DNA of 64,000 bases, from positions 96,904,079-96,968,078 of the forward strand of contig NC_057718.1 of the NCBI RefSeq assembly GCF_004010195.1. The letters are read 5' to 3'. Shown here piece after piece: positions 1 through 12,669 of this stretch (its first letter is position 1; every line of letters begins with the position of its first letter). A program made the position numbers and the translations under genes. Source of the DNA: Chiloscyllium plagiosum. Lineage: Eukaryota. The notes below the pieces were generated by a model. It was not told the origin of the DNA, ran no database searches, and saw only the letters and a program-made list of their open reading frames with translations.

Positions 1-587
1 GGGGGGGATGAGACTGTCACACACCTCCTTCTGGAATGTGCCTATGCAGAGGGAGTCTGGAGAGGAATGCAGTGGTGTTTGTCGAGGTTCGTCCCGAGCA
101 GTGCCGTGACGCGGGACTCCGTGCTCTACGGTCTGTTCCCCGGGACGCACACCGAGACGAACATCAACTGTGCCTGGAGGATCATCAACTCGGTGAAGGA
201 CGCTCTCTGGGTGGTCCGAAACCTGCTGATCTTCCAGCTGAAGGAGTTGACCCCGACTGAGTGTTGCAGACTGGCACATTCCATGGTCCAGGACTATGTG
301 TTGAGGGACGCGCTGAAGCTTGGGGCAGCTGCCGCCAAGGTGCGGTGGGGAAAGACCACTGTGTAAAGTCTGCCTGCCTAATGAAGAACAGGGGGCCCAT
401 GCAGTCATTTGGGCTCTGCTGACGCCTCAGCTAATTATATGGGCATATGATTGAAAAATGTACAGACCTGTATAAAAATGATAAGTTTTGATCTCTGTAT
501 GTACATGATTACATACGTATGGCATGAACAACTGTACAGACCATCAAATTATTTTATGAATAAAGTATATTTTTGAAATTAAAAAAA
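1..587 (+). mobile_element. 3' end of a Tx1/L1-clade non-LTR retrotransposon (ORF2 C-terminus with zinc-knuckle end, 3'UTR, polyA)
   Basis: Open frame 1-366 reads GGDETVTHLLLECAYAEGVW...WVVRNLLIF...WGKTTV*, matching the ETxxHLLxxC / WxxRN pattern at the C-terminus of Tx1/L1 ORF2. AATAAA at 559-564 and an A-run at 581-587. CpGs are retained, suggesting a young copy. Confidence 0.85.
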
Positions 588-1363
588 GTTTGTGCTACTT
601 ACATACCTTTCAACAGTTTCCATTTGAATTCTGTGAAGAAACTTTAAATCTGTGCCCATCTTGTTGAACTTGTTGACACTGCAGTTTGAAGAATTTCTGC
701 AGAAGTGGCTTTCGTTAGGAACTTGGTTAGTGCAAAGCATACAGCTGCATCTACTGATGCTTCACAAACCAGATGGTGAAATTCTCTTGACATTGGTCTG
801 CCATATTTTAAAACACTGTTACTGATAAACTCGAGATGAGGCAAAGAACTTCAGATGAGTTTGACAAGAAGAATCAGTTAACCTCTGAATTGTTTCTCTG
901 CACTGACCTCTGCGCTGACTCCAGACTAGAGAATGCGTGCAACTTATACTAAATAGACTGGTGACTCCTAAGTAACAAAGTAACCTGGTAACAGTTGATA
1001 TCTCTATTCAGCAATGAAATGAAAAACAAGCTGCCAAATTTTATGACCTCCTGAATAAATTATTACAAGAGAAACATTCAAGTTCAATCGAATCTCAGTA
1101 ATAGCTGTCTAAGGACCGTCTCGTCTATACGATTAGACATTAGATCAGTTTGCCAGTACAGAATTCTTGGAATAACAGTTATTAGTGATGATGTTGATTG
1201 ATTTTCTTTTATTTCTGGTGTGCTGTTCCACATGCTGATGAGGCTGTTGCTTTAAGTCCTACGAAGGGCTCATTCCCTCAGCCAAAGAATTATTTAGTGA
1301 ATAAGCACCCCATCTCAATGCCAGTAAATCACACAGTGTTGGCTTTGTATAGTGTATTCAATT

Positions 1364-1816
1364 GGGGTGGCATGGTAGCTCAGTGGCAGTGCCAGGGACC
1401 CAGGTTCGATTCCAACCTTGGGCGACTGTCTGTGTGGACTTTGTGCATTCTCCCTGTGTCTGTGTGGGTTTCCCCATGGTGTGCTGGGTCCCTGCCACAG
1501 TCTAAAGATGTGCAGATTAAGTGGATTGGCCAGGCTAAATTGCTAGGCAGAAGTGGGTACTGGAGATTAGAGTCAAGATTAGAGTGGTGCTGGAAAAGCA
1601 CAGCAGGTCAGGCAGCACCGAGGGGCAGGAAAAATCAACGTTTCAGGCAAAAGCCCTTCATCAGGAACTGCCCATAGTGTTCAGGGATGTGTAGGTCAGG
1701 TCCATTAGTCAGGGGTAAATGTAAAGGAATTGGTCTGGGTGGTTTACTCTTCAGAGGATCAGTGTGGACTTGTTGAGTCGAAGGGGCTGTTTCCATACTG
1801 TAGGGAACCTAATCTA
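1364..1816 (+). mobile_element. HE1-type V-SINE interrupted by a hammerhead mini-element
   Basis: tRNA-like head (TGGTAGCTCAGTGG / GGTTCGATTCC), V-domain-like core TGTGTGGACTTTGTGCATTCTCCC, and a CR1-like tail ending in AATCTAA. Confidence 0.85.
1544..1667 (-). mobile_element. PLE pseudo-LTR mini-element, family A (single arm)
   Basis: Minus strand reads CTGATGA A GGGC TTTT GCCT GAAA CG TT. It has the same body as the pLTR at 14340-14468 and splits the SINE between AAATTGC and TGCCCATAG. Confidence 0.8.
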
Positions 1817-2251
1817 AAAAAAATGCTTGCAATGTGGACTACCAATAGAATTCACTACTCCAAATCACCAAGGGTTCTTTGACAACACTACCCACACCTA
1901 TAGTGTGCACCATCAAGAAGTATGAGGGCAGTAGATACTAGAGGTTAGCTTCACCTTCAGGTTAACTCTTCATTTGTCCCCCAGAAGAAGCAAACTGTCC
2001 TACATGCCCCCCACAACCTTCTCCACTCCTCTTCCTTCCCACTATGACACACACTGTCTTTACTTGGTTAATACCTGACCATTCTTTCATTGTCACAAAA
2101 TCAAAATCTTAGCTCTCCCGAACCGATGGCATTGTATGAATATTTTCACCTCACACGCTCACCACCATCTCACTGTTACCTAAGCTGTTCTGACGAAGCA
2201 AAGATGGGTGATGGCGAATCTCTAGCCTGTCAATGGTGGGGGGGAAGCATT

Positions 2252-5200
2252 AGTCATAGAGTCATAGAGATGTACAGCATGGAAACAGACCCTTCGGTCC
2301 AACCGGTCCATGCCAACCAGATATCCCAACCCAACCTAGTCCCACCTGCCAGCACCCGGCCCATATCCCTCCAAACCCTTCCTATTCATATACCCATCCA
2401 GATGCCTCTTAAATGTACCAGCCTCCACCACTTCCTCTGGCAGCTCATTCCATACACGTACCACCTTCTGCATGAAAACGTTGCCCCTTCGGTGTCTTTT
2501 ATATCTTTCCCCTCTCAGCCGAAACCTATGCCCTCTAGTTTTGGACTCCCCAAACCCAGGGAAAAGACTTTGCCTATTTACCCTATCCATGCCCGACATA
2601 ATTTTGTAAACCTATAAGGTCACCCCTCAGCCTCCAACACTCCAGGGAAAACAGCCCCAGCCTGTTCAGCTTCTCCCTATAGCTCAAATCCTCCAACCCT
2701 GGCAACATTCTTGTAAATCTTTTCTGAACTCTTTCAAGTTTCACAACATCTTTCCGAAAGGAAGAAGACCAAAATTGCACGCAATATTCCAACAGTGGCC
2801 TAACCAATGTCCTGTACATGGATCAGTGGTGCTGGAAGAGCACAGCAATTCAGGCAGCATCCGAAGACAGGCAAAATCGACGTTTCAGGCAAAAGCCCTT
2901 CATCAGGAATAAAGGTTCTCGTTGGAACGTCCTGTACAGCCAAACATGATCTCCCAACTCCTGTACTCAATACTCTGACCAATAAAGGAAAGCATATCAA
3001 ACGCCTTCTTCACTATTCTATCTACCTGCGACTCCACTTTCAAGGAGCTATGAACCTGCACTCCAATGTCTCGTTGTTCAGCAATGCTCCCTTACCTAAG
3101 TGTATAAGTCCTGCTAAGATTTGCTTTCCCAAAAATGCAGCACCTCGCCTTTATCTGAATTAAACGCCATGTGCCACATCTCAGCCCATTGGCCCATCTG
3201 GTCAAGATCCTCTTATAATCTGAATAACCCTCTTTGCTGTCCATATCCAATTTTGGTGTCATCTGCAAACTTACTAACTGTACCTCTTAGGCTCGCATCC
3301 AAATCATTTATGTAAATGACAAAACGTAGAGGACCCAGCATCTTTGTGGCACTCCAGTGGTCACAGGCCTCCAGTCTGAAAAACAACCCTCCACCATCAC
3401 CCTCTGTTTTCTACCTTTGAGCCAGTTCTGTATCCAAATGGTTAGTTCTCCCTGTATTCCGTGAGATCTAACCTTGCTAATCAGTCTCCCATGGGGAACC
3501 TTGTCGAATGCCTTACTGAAGTCCATATAGATCACATCTACTGCTCTGCCCTCATCAATTCTCTTTGTTACTTCCTCAAAAAACTCAATCAAGTTTCCCA
3601 AACATAAAGCCACGTTGACTATCCCTAATCAGTCCTTACCTTTCCAAATACACGTACATCCTATCCCTCAGGATTCCCTCCAACAACTTACCCACCACCA
3701 ACATCAGGCTCACTGGTCTATAGTTCACTGGTTTGTCCTTACCACACTTCTTAAACAGTGGCACCACGTTAGCCAACCTCCAGTCTTCTGGCACCTCACC
3801 TATGACTATCGATGATACAAGTATCTCAGCAAGAGACCCAGCAATCACGTCTCTAGCTTCCCACAGAGTTCTAGGGTACACCCGATCAGGTCCTGGGGAT
3901 TTATCCTCTTTTATGCATTTCAAGACATCCAGCACTTCCTCCTCTGTATTATGGACATTTTGCAAGATGTCACCATCTATTTCCCTACAGTCTATATCTT
4001 CCATATCCTTTTCCACAGTAAATACTGATGCATTTAGTAGCTCCCCCATTTTCTGCGGCTCCATACGAAGGCTGTCTTACTGATCTTTGAGAGGCCCTAT
4101 TCTCTCCCGAGTTACCCTTTTGTCCTTAATGTATTTGTAAAAACTCTTTGGATTCTCCTTAATTCTATTTGCCAATGCCATCTCATGTCCCCTTTTTGCC
4201 CTCCTGATTTCCCTCTTAAGTATACTCCTACTTCCTTTATACTCTTCTAAGGATTCACTCGATCTATCCTGTCTATACCTTACATATGCTTCCTTCTTTT
4301 TCTTAACAAAACCCTCAATTTCTTTAGTCATCCAGCATTCCCTATACCTACCAACCTTCCCTTTCACCCTAACAGGAATATACTTTCTCTGGATTCTTGT
4401 TATCTCATTTCTGAAAGCTTCCCATTTTCCAGCCATCCCTTTACCTGGGAACATCTGCCCTCAATCAGCTTTTGAAAGTTCTTGCCTAATACCCTCAAAA
4501 TTGGCTTTTTCAAATTTCGAACTTTAACTTTTAGATCTGGTCTATCCTTTTCCATCATTATTTTAAATCTAATAGAATTATGGTCGCTGGCCCCAAAGTG
4601 CTCCCCCACTGACAACTCAGTCACCTGCCCTGCCTTATTTCCCAAGAGTAGGTCAAGTTTTGCACCTTCTCTAGTAGGTACATCCACATACTGAATCGGA
4701 AAATTGTCTTGTACACACTTAACAAATTCCTCTCCATCTAAACCCTTAACACTATGACAGTCCCAGTCTATGTTTGGAAAGTTAAAATCCCATACCATAA
4801 CCACTCTATTTTTCTTACAGCTTGCTGAGATCTCCATACAAGTTTGTTTCTCAATTTCCCTCTGACTACTGGGGGGTCTATAATTCAATCCCAATAAGGT
4901 TATCATCCCTTTCTTATTTCTCAGTTCCACCCAAATGACTCCCCTAGATGTATTTCTGGGAATATCCTCCCTCAGCACAGCTGAGGGAGGATCCCTTATC
5001 AAAAATACTAACATCCCCCCCCCCCCCCCCACCTCCTCTCTTGCCTCCCTTTCTATCCTTCCTATAGCATTTGTATCCTGGAACATAAAGCTGCCAGTCC
5101 TGTCCATTCCTGAGCCATGTTTCTGTAATTGCTATGATATCCCCGTCCCATGTTCCTAACCATACCCTGAGTTCATCTGTCTTCCTTGTTAGGCCCCTTG

Positions 5201-5406
5201 CATTGAAATACATGCAGTTTAATTTATTAGTCCTGTCTTGTCCCTGCCTGTTGATTCAATTCTGTTCTCAACTGTACCGGTGTCAGATTGATCTCTTTCC
5301 TCACTATCTCCCTTCCTCCTTTCTAGTTTAAATCCTCCCGAGCAGCTCTAGCAAATCTCCCTGCCAATATATTAGTCCCCTTCCAATTTAAGTGCAATCC
5401 GTCCTT
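2252..5406 (-). mobile_element. CR1-clade (HER1-like) LINE: ORF1 C-terminus plus frameshifted ORF2 (APE endonuclease and RT) plus 3' tail
   Basis: ORF1 end DGLHLNWKGTNILAGRF (about 5325-5406). APE MYFNARGL...IAITETWL and [52 protein letters not shown]. Tail (CTCTATGA)n. Confidence 0.95.
2819..2925 (-). mobile_element. Family A hammerhead mini-element inserted in the CR1 RT
   Basis: TSD AATGTCCTGTACA (2806-2818) / AACGTCCTGTACA (2926-2938). Core on the minus strand is CTGATGA A GGGC TTTT GCCT GAAA CG TC. Confidence 0.9.
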
Positions 5407-5599
5407 AAATTAAGACCAAATGGAATAGGAGCAGGAGTGGGCCAGAGGTCCTCTCAAGATGGATCCACTATTCCATTAGATCATGACCAACCTTTAACTG
5501 AAATGCTTTTCCAACCAATCCCTTAATTCTCTTAGAGGCCAAAAATCTCAGCCTTGAACACAATCATCCACGGGCCAAGACTACGACAACTCTCCTCAG

Positions 5600-5856
5600 A
5601 CGGAACCTTCTAAATTCATAACCACTACCCTCCAGAAGGACAAGGGCAACAGGTACACAGGAAGATTCTCCCCAACAAGTTCCCCTCCAAACCACTCACC
5701 ATCCTGACTTAGAAGTATATCGCTATTCCTTCAGCATCACTGAGTCAAAATCTTGGAATTCCCTCCCTAAGGGCAGCGGTTCAAGGGAAACAAGGGACGG
5801 GCAATAAATTCTAGCCTAGACAGAGAGACTAATTTCTCCCTGAATAAATAAAAAAA
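5600..5856 (+). mobile_element. 3' tail of the second (L2/CR1-group) LINE family
   Basis: Similar to 28665-29075 and 10165-10586 (AAGTTCCCCTCCAA...CACCATCCTGACTT...GGGCAATAAA). Confidence 0.7.
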
Positions 5857-6467
5857 TTCTCTTTTGGGGAGACTATTCCAAAGATTCACAAGACTTTGAG
5901 TTAAAATGATTCTCTTGTCAACTTAAAATAGCCGATCCTTATCCTGAGACCAAGTATCCCAGCCTGGATGCCATTGGTGGGGGGAATGGGCTGACAATTC
6001 TCCACTTTTAGTTTGCCCACAGGAATGAATTAAAATGATACCCTTTCTGGCAACATGTGTGAGAGACATATCTTGTGGAATCACATCCAATGCCTTTGTC
6101 AGATGATTAATGACTTGAACTGCAGACTGTTAATTCAAATAACCAAGTGGAAACAGATGTTGTGAAGTTGATGGTGATTAAAGGTCCATTTTGAAAAGGT
6201 TCCCCTTTCTCACTATAAATTAAATCATTATTCTAAGGGGCAAACAGCATGTCTTGTCAGAGAAAATACACATTGAGAAGTTTTGTGTATCCCTACTAAA
6301 ACCTGTGTGTTTATTTCAGATTCTGAACTCCTGGGCTGAATCCAAAACACTGCTAATTATGGGAATGCAAAAGAAGCACTTAAATTATATTAGTTTGCTT
6401 TAATTCTTAATTATTTTAGGCCCAAAAGATTTAGCATCAACCATCTGTCACAGTTGGTTAACATCAA

Positions 6468-6687
6468 GGCGTGAGTGAGGACTGCAGATGCTGGAGACTA
6501 GAGTCAAGAGTGTAGTGTTGAAAAAACACAGCAAGTCAGGCAGCATCCAAGGAGCAGGAGAATTGACATTTCGGGCAAAAGTCCTTCATTAGGAATCGTG
6601 ATGAAGGGCTTTTGCCCAAAACATCAATTCTCCTGCTCCTCGGATGCTGCCTGACCTACTGTGCTTTTCCAGCACCACACACTTGAC
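6468..6687. mobile_element. Family A fold-back (head-to-head) mini-element
   Basis: Inverted arms at about 6503-6590 and 6599-6687, each with a decayed hammerhead core at the inner end. Confidence 0.85.
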
Positions 6688-6844
6688 AGTTGATTATCAA
6701 TTAGTCAGTGGATTTTATCCAAGCTACAGAAGAGGCAAAGAGGATTTGGGATAGTGTTAAGAATCGAGCAGGATTTGGTAAATATCCAAATCCTGTACAG
6801 ATGAGTGATTTACCTTCAAATAGGAGAGGTATAAAAGGGGACTG

Positions 6845-7654
6845 TAAATAAAGGGGAAAATATATACAAACGCAGGGAGTGTGGAGGAGATTGTTCAGGA
6901 TGTTGCCGAAGATGGAGTGGTTTTGCTGGGAAGAGAGGCTGGATAAGCTTAGATTGTTTACTTTAGAGTAAAGGAAGTTGAGATGTGTAAGATTATGAGG
7001 AGGATGGGCAGGATGGATAGGAAACAGCTGTTTCCTCTGAGTTGAAGGGTAAATAACGAGGAGGCATTATTTTAAGGTGAACGGCACAAGATTTAGAATC
7101 ACAGAATTCCTACAATGTGGAAAAGGGCCATTTCGCCCAACAAGTCCACCCCGACCCTCCCAAGAGTAACCCACCCCCCTCTACTATCCTACATTTACCC
7201 CTGACTAATATACCTAATCTCCATACTATGGAGCAACTTAGCATGGTCAATTCACCTAACCTGCACATCTTTGGACTGTGGGAGGAAACTGGAGCAAATC
7301 CCACACATCGGGAGAACGTGCAAATTCCACACAGTCGCCTGAAGCTGGAATCGAACCCAGGTTCCTCGCACTGAGAGGCAGTAGGGCTAACCACTGAGCC
7401 ACCGTGCTACCCTTTAGTGGTTTGAGAAAAACCTCTTTTACCCAGAGAGTGGTGGGAGTTCTGGAGTGTACTGCCTGGGAGTATAGTTGAGGCGGGAAAT
7501 CTCACAACCTGTAAAATGTACTAAGGCGAGCACGTTAAGTGCCATAATATTCAGGACATGAGCCCAGACCTGGAATGTGGAGTTGGTATAGATGGGTCAG
7601 CACAGATACAATGGGCCAAAGGGCCCTATTATGTGCTGTATGACTTTATGACTC
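6845..7654 (+). mobile_element. Degenerate CR1 3' fragment interrupted by an HE1 SINE
   Basis: RMLP..., FTQRVV-type segments and a (TATGAC)n tail. Confidence 0.7.
7097..7410 (-). mobile_element. HE1-type V-SINE
   Basis: Reverse complement of the HE1-like consensus, including the tRNA head (CCACTGAGCCACCGTG). Confidence 0.85.
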
Positions 7655-8109
7655 TCGAAGCTGAAGGGACTGAGGTGAAGGCTATCACTGGTTATGGGGA
7701 AATAAACACTTTGGAAATATAGGGCTAAATTTCACCAGAACTTAGTGAGGTGTCAATGTTGTTCCATAATGGGTTTGTCACCACGAGGCCTAGTGAGATT
7801 TCTCATACTGTTCTCTGAAACTCTCTGTATTAGCTATGTACTGCACCACTTTGACATTCAGCTCCTGCTATCTCCCCACTGGCCAGAAGTGAAAGTACTC
7901 ACCATTGTCAGGACCTCCAGTGATCCTCTGTGCTAACATTGTTTCTCAATCACCAGGTCAGTCTGGAGCGGCCCTGCATGGATCCTCTGTGTGAAGAATT
8001 ACCGGGAAGATGGTGGACAGAGGCAGATTGGCACCTTGAATTGATAATGGTGATCTGGAATGCTTGGATGGGGGAGGACGTGGTGCAGAGTTTGGCTCTG
8101 CACTTACTT

Positions 8110-8990
8110 TAGGACTGGGAGAGGCGATCACGTCACCAGACCCTGCCAGTCTGGTTCAAGATTGCCACCCAGGAAAGTGCCACCTCCACGGTCCAGAGGT
8201 ATACAGAGAAATGCCACAAGGAGGTTAACATCTCCACTGCCAGTGTCAGTGCAACCATCTACTCTCCGGTACCTCACACTCACTCTATCCCTAACACGAC
8301 ACACACCTCCCACCAAAGCTCATGATCACCACTCTCACTGTTTAGTGCAACATCTTTCCTCACTCCCTCTCACTGCACCTCAAACACCCATTCCCTGCAA
8401 CCCCTCCAACCCCACCACCTTTTTAACCCTGTGTGGCCCTCTGTGCTACCTACTGACTCACCCGGGACACCTTGGCTCAGTGGTTAGCAATGCTGCCCCA
8501 TAGTAGCAAGGACCCAGGGTCAATTCCAGCCCCAGGCAACTGTCTGTGTGGAATTTGCACATTCTCCCCGTGTCTGCATGAGTTTCCTCCAGATGCTCCA
8601 GTTTCCTCCTATAATCCAAAATTGTGCAGGTTAAATTGGATTGGCCATCGGAAAGTGCCCATAGTGTCCAGGAATGTGCAGGGTAGATGGGTTAGCCATG
8701 GGAAATGCAGAGTTACAGGGATAGAGTGGGGGGTGCTGGGCCTGGATCTGGGTGGGATGCCCTTCAGAGGGTCAGTGTGGATTCAATGGGCCAAATGGCC
8801 CCTTCTGCATTCAAGGGAGTCTATGATCTTCTATCACCTTTCCTCCACCTGTACCAGTGCATGACATTTACATCTCACTCAAGGGCTCCCTCTCTCATTC
8901 CAGGCGGCCAGAAGAGACAAGATGGGGGATGGAGTGCCCGGCATCTGTCTCCTCACCACGCCTTGTGAGGGGAGGATCATTGGCTGACTG
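8110..8990 (+). mobile_element. Fossil Myb/SANT-like ORF of a PIF/Harbinger DNA transposon
   Basis: 8116-8235 reads WERRSRHQTLPVWFKIATQESATSTVQRYTEKCHKEVNI, resembling the WxxIAxxVxxxxxxxRTxxQCxKKxNDL motif. About 8910-8987 reads RRDKMGDGVPGICLLTTPCEGRII, resembling the KTGGGxPxxxxLTPxEER motif. Judged by eye only. Confidence 0.55.
8465..8827 (+). mobile_element. HE1-type V-SINE
   Basis: A box TGGCTCAGTGG, V-domain core and CR1-like tail. Confidence 0.85.
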
Positions 8991-10164
8991 TTGTGGCCTA
9001 CTGCCATTTCTGTCGAGATACCAAGACCTCCCTGTTTTGGCAACACAAGCAAGAAAGATTGTCCATTGCTGTCCCTTAAGTGCACACAACGTATGTACTT
9101 ATAATGACCTTGAATCTCTACCCCTTTCCTCATCACGCACTCCCTCTTTTGTGACATCAGTGGAACCCGCACAGTCTCCATTGTCCAGAGGGAGACTCAG
9201 TAAGACATTGCCTCCTCCGTCTTGGAGGTAGGTGTCACAGATCCCTCAAAGAACCATCAAGACCGTCTCCTGCACTCACTCAGATGGGTGCCCCGGTGGG
9301 TATTGTATCTAGGCTTGAGTCGAGAGCACTGGTTGGAGGCCACCTGACCACCACATCTCCACAGCTGATCAAGGAAGGAATGCCCCTTGGCAAACTAGCA
9401 AGCAGGGACAGTTGGAGTCCAGGATGTATCGGCGCCAGATAGGAAAGGACCCCGTGGAGTCAGCAATTCAGAGGTTCACTGAAAACCACAAGCAGACACA
9501 GGGGTAGCTGACACGTTTGGGACAAGGCCCAACTAGCCCGTTATCCTGAATTTGCCTCAGGAGAGGGTATTGAATTGAGAAAATTATTTCCAGCTGGTCC
9601 TTCAACCTTCCATTGACTTTGGTTTTCAAAATGACGGAGCTTCGGTGGGATCCCGGGTTGAGGTTAACGGCCTTGTTCCAAAGCTCTCAGAGCCTGATTG
9701 AGGGACCTGGCATCAGCAAAGGGAAGAACCCACTGAGAGAACCCCACTTTGCTCCCAACCCTCGGTCCTCCCCCCTCTTCTAACCCCTTCCTGAAAATAC
9801 CTCTCCAACCATCACTCCCATGTGGCTGAGGGCCATCTGCCATTTCCCAGCCTTAACTTGGTGCTTTATCTTCAGCAGCCACCCTCTCCCAGTGGCGCCA
9901 TTTCTCAACGGAGCCACTGGCGTTTGACTGGCTGGTACCTCTTGATGGGTGGGATTTGCTCCCCCGAGGTTCTTAGATCCTCATGAGGATGATAGGCTTT
10001 TACTCCCACTCTCCCTGGTCTATTGGGTTAACTCTGGATATCAGTAACCCAAGGCAGATCTAACAAGGGAAAATGTTATTAAAGCAAAGTGCACCACAAA
10101 AGTATTGCAAAAATCTCACCCATATAAAGCTTACATTCACAGGTGAACTTGTTTACAAGGACTG

Positions 10165-10586
10165 ATCCAAAGCCCACTGGATTGGCACCCCGTACACAAG
10201 CATCCACTCCCTCCACCACCGATGCTCAGTAGCAGCAATGTGTGCTATCTCCAAGATGCACTACAGCAATTCACCGAAGATCCTCAGACAGCACCTTCCA
10301 AACCCATGACCACTTCCATCTAGAAGGACAAGGGCAGCAGATACATGGGAACATCACCCCCTGCAAGTTCCCCTCCAAGTCACTCACCAGAGGAAACATA
10401 TCTCCGTTCCTTCACTATCATTGGTCCAAAATCCTGGAATTCTCTCCCTCAGGTCAACCCACAGCACATAGACTGCAGCAGTTCAAGAAGGCAGCTCACC
10501 CCCCACCTTCTCAAGGGGTCCTAGGGACGGGCAATGAATGCTGGCCCAGACAGCGACACCCACATCCCATAGATGAATTAAAAAAA
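10165..10586 (+). mobile_element. 3' end of the second (L2/CR1-group) LINE family
   Basis: Matches 28555-29075 (GATTGGCACC...CAGCACCTTCCAAACC...). Confidence 0.75.
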
Positions 10587-10612
10587 TCAGACCAGACCAT
10601 AACAGGTGACCA

Positions 10613-10740
10613 GGTGAAAGTGAGGACTGCAGATGCAGGAGATTAGAATCAGGAGTGTGGTGCTGGAAAAGCACAGCAGGTCAGGCAGCATCCGAGGAGC
10701 AGGAAAATTGATGTTTCGGGCAAAAGCCTTTCATCAGGAA
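10613..10740 (-). mobile_element. Family A hammerhead mini-element (single arm)
   Basis: GAAAGTGAGGACTGCAGATG...GTTTCGGGCAAAAGCCTTTCATCAGGAA. Confidence 0.85.
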
Positions 10741-11179
10741 GCATGTTCTGTCCCAACTTCTAGTCATTGATCAGTCAACCCCTTCCCTGAGCTGGCTGAC
10801 TACAGACTGAGGCAAGCTTTCTGTGTACTCTTTCCATGTAAAGAAACTGCGAGTTCACAGTGTCCGGTCTCTTGCAAATGATCAGCTTTGACCACTTGGA
10901 AGCTTCAAAAACATGTCATCTACCACAGCTAGTTTAATCAGTTTAACTCATTGAGACTTGCTTCTGTGTCTCTCGAAAGGAGTTTATCTCGTATGTTTAA
11001 TTAGCTCTAGCCTCAGTTCTGGTTTGCTCCTGGTTTATGTCATCCAATCAACTCTATGATATTTACACAACACAATTCTATGACAATTGCAGATTCCAGT
11101 GAAAATAGATCCACGTTATCATATTAAAACCAGTGACCTTTCTAATCATTAGGCCATCTCCAGTCTACTTATGTTTTCT

Positions 11180-11367
11180 TGGCGAAATTTGAGTCAAGAG
11201 AGTAGTGCTGGAAAAGCACAGCAGGTCAGGCAGTGTCTGAGAAGCAGGAAAGTGGGCATTTCAGGCGAAAGCCCTTCATTGTTGAAGGGCTCTTGTCTTT
11301 ATCATCGATTCTCCTGCTCCTCAGATGCTGTCTGACCTGCTATGCTTTTCCAGCACCATACTCTTGA
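11180..11367. mobile_element. Family A fold-back mini-element
   Basis: Inverted arms meet at about 11280. Imperfect TSD CTACTTATGTTTTCT (11165-11179) / CTGCTTGTGTTTTCT (11368-11382). Confidence 0.8.
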
Positions 11368-12020
11368 CTGCTTGTGTTTTCTCCTCATTTCATTCACCTT
11401 TATTTCGGCTAACCCAGCAAAATCTGGGTGAATGGGGCCTGTTGTTATCATGTCATAGAGTCATCCAGCGAGAAAACAGACCCTGAGGTCTAACCAGTCC
11501 AAGTCCACAATAATCCCAAACTAATCTAGTCCCATCTGCCTGCATTTGGCCCATATCCCTCCAAACCTTACCTATTCATGAACTTATCCAAATGTCTTTT
11601 AGAAATTGTAACTGTACCCACATCTTCAAATGACAAAATTGTCAAAATTTCTAAAACATAACACCGCCCTTACAGCCTTTCTGATCGATGTCACCAACTT
11701 ATCGCTTACTTGAGCTACATGGTGAACAATTCCTTTGTGAAGCTGATGGCTGAATTCAATGCCAGCCAACAGCAGACCCAGCTAGCTGCACCAAGATTGC
11801 CAAATTTCTCACAATTACAGCAGAGAGCTCGGTGTGATGGCCTCCCTCCCCTGTGGGAACTGACTTGCAAAGGCTCAAAGCTGATTTCATATCAGGCATT
11901 TATAATCAACAAAGACGATCGAAGGCAAGGTCTGGGGAATACAAGCAGCAGACACACAGACAAAGGAAGAGATGATGTGAGTGGAGGTGTACACAAGAAT
12001 GAGGCCAATTACAGACGAAG

Positions 12021-12228
12021 ATGGAAATGTGTTGCTGGAAAAGCGCAGCAGGTCAGGCAGCATCTAGGGAACAGGAGAATCGACGTTTCGGGCATTAGCC
12101 CTTCTTCAGGCTAATGCCCGAAACGTCGATTCTCCTGTTCCCTAGATGCTGCCTGACCTGCTGCGCTTTTCCAGCAACACATTTCCATCTCTGATCTCCA
12201 GCATCTGCAGACCTCACTTTCTCCTCAA
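12021..12228. mobile_element. Young family A fold-back mini-element
   Basis: Perfect 82-bp inverted repeat (12019-12100 / 12109-12190). Perfect 15-bp TSD CAATTACAGACGAAG (12006-12020 / 12229-12243). Confidence 0.95.
12080..12110 (-). ncRNA. Minimal type-I hammerhead ribozyme motif (family A)
   Basis: C CUGAAGA A GGGC-UAAU-GCCC GAAA CG UC GA; all core nucleotides are intact. Confidence 0.75.
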
Positions 12229-12669
12229 CAATTACAGACGAAGCCTTGCCACACTAATAGATGAACCAAATGCTTCACTGACACTGGGTCAGTAATTTAT
12301 GAGTGGTTTCTTCATGTCCTCGCGTATTTACAAAAGATAGATATTGCAGCCAAGAGGTCAACTTTAGCATGCAAGAGCTTTGCTATGTTGCTGAATTTTA
12401 AACGCTGTTCACTCAAGAGCTTCATACACATCCATTTATTTGTTATAGATATGCCAGATTATAATCCCAATGCTATGATTGGGGTGGGGTGAAGTCTGCA
12501 TGGAGGCCGTTATTGTATTTTATTGTCGAGCGCTTGGATTTCACAGGCTGTGTACTACATAACAGCAATATGCAATTATTCTGACAGAGGCTGTTGGAGA
12601 AGCTCAGCATCTGTGACGAGAGAAACAGAGTTAATATTTTGAGTCCAATGACTCTTCCGATCTGAAGAA

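Noticed and set aside
600..1150. Possible hAT transposase fossil on the minus strand (…ATSAEILQTAV…FFTEFKWKLLKGM)
   Set aside because: Only a faint resemblance by eye with no TIRs found; it needs a translated profile search.
12021..12228. Fold-back elements as MITEs or pre-miRNAs
   Set aside because: Asymmetric arms, long variable TSDs and identity to PLE pLTR sequence favour a retroelement origin; there is no evidence for a miRNA.
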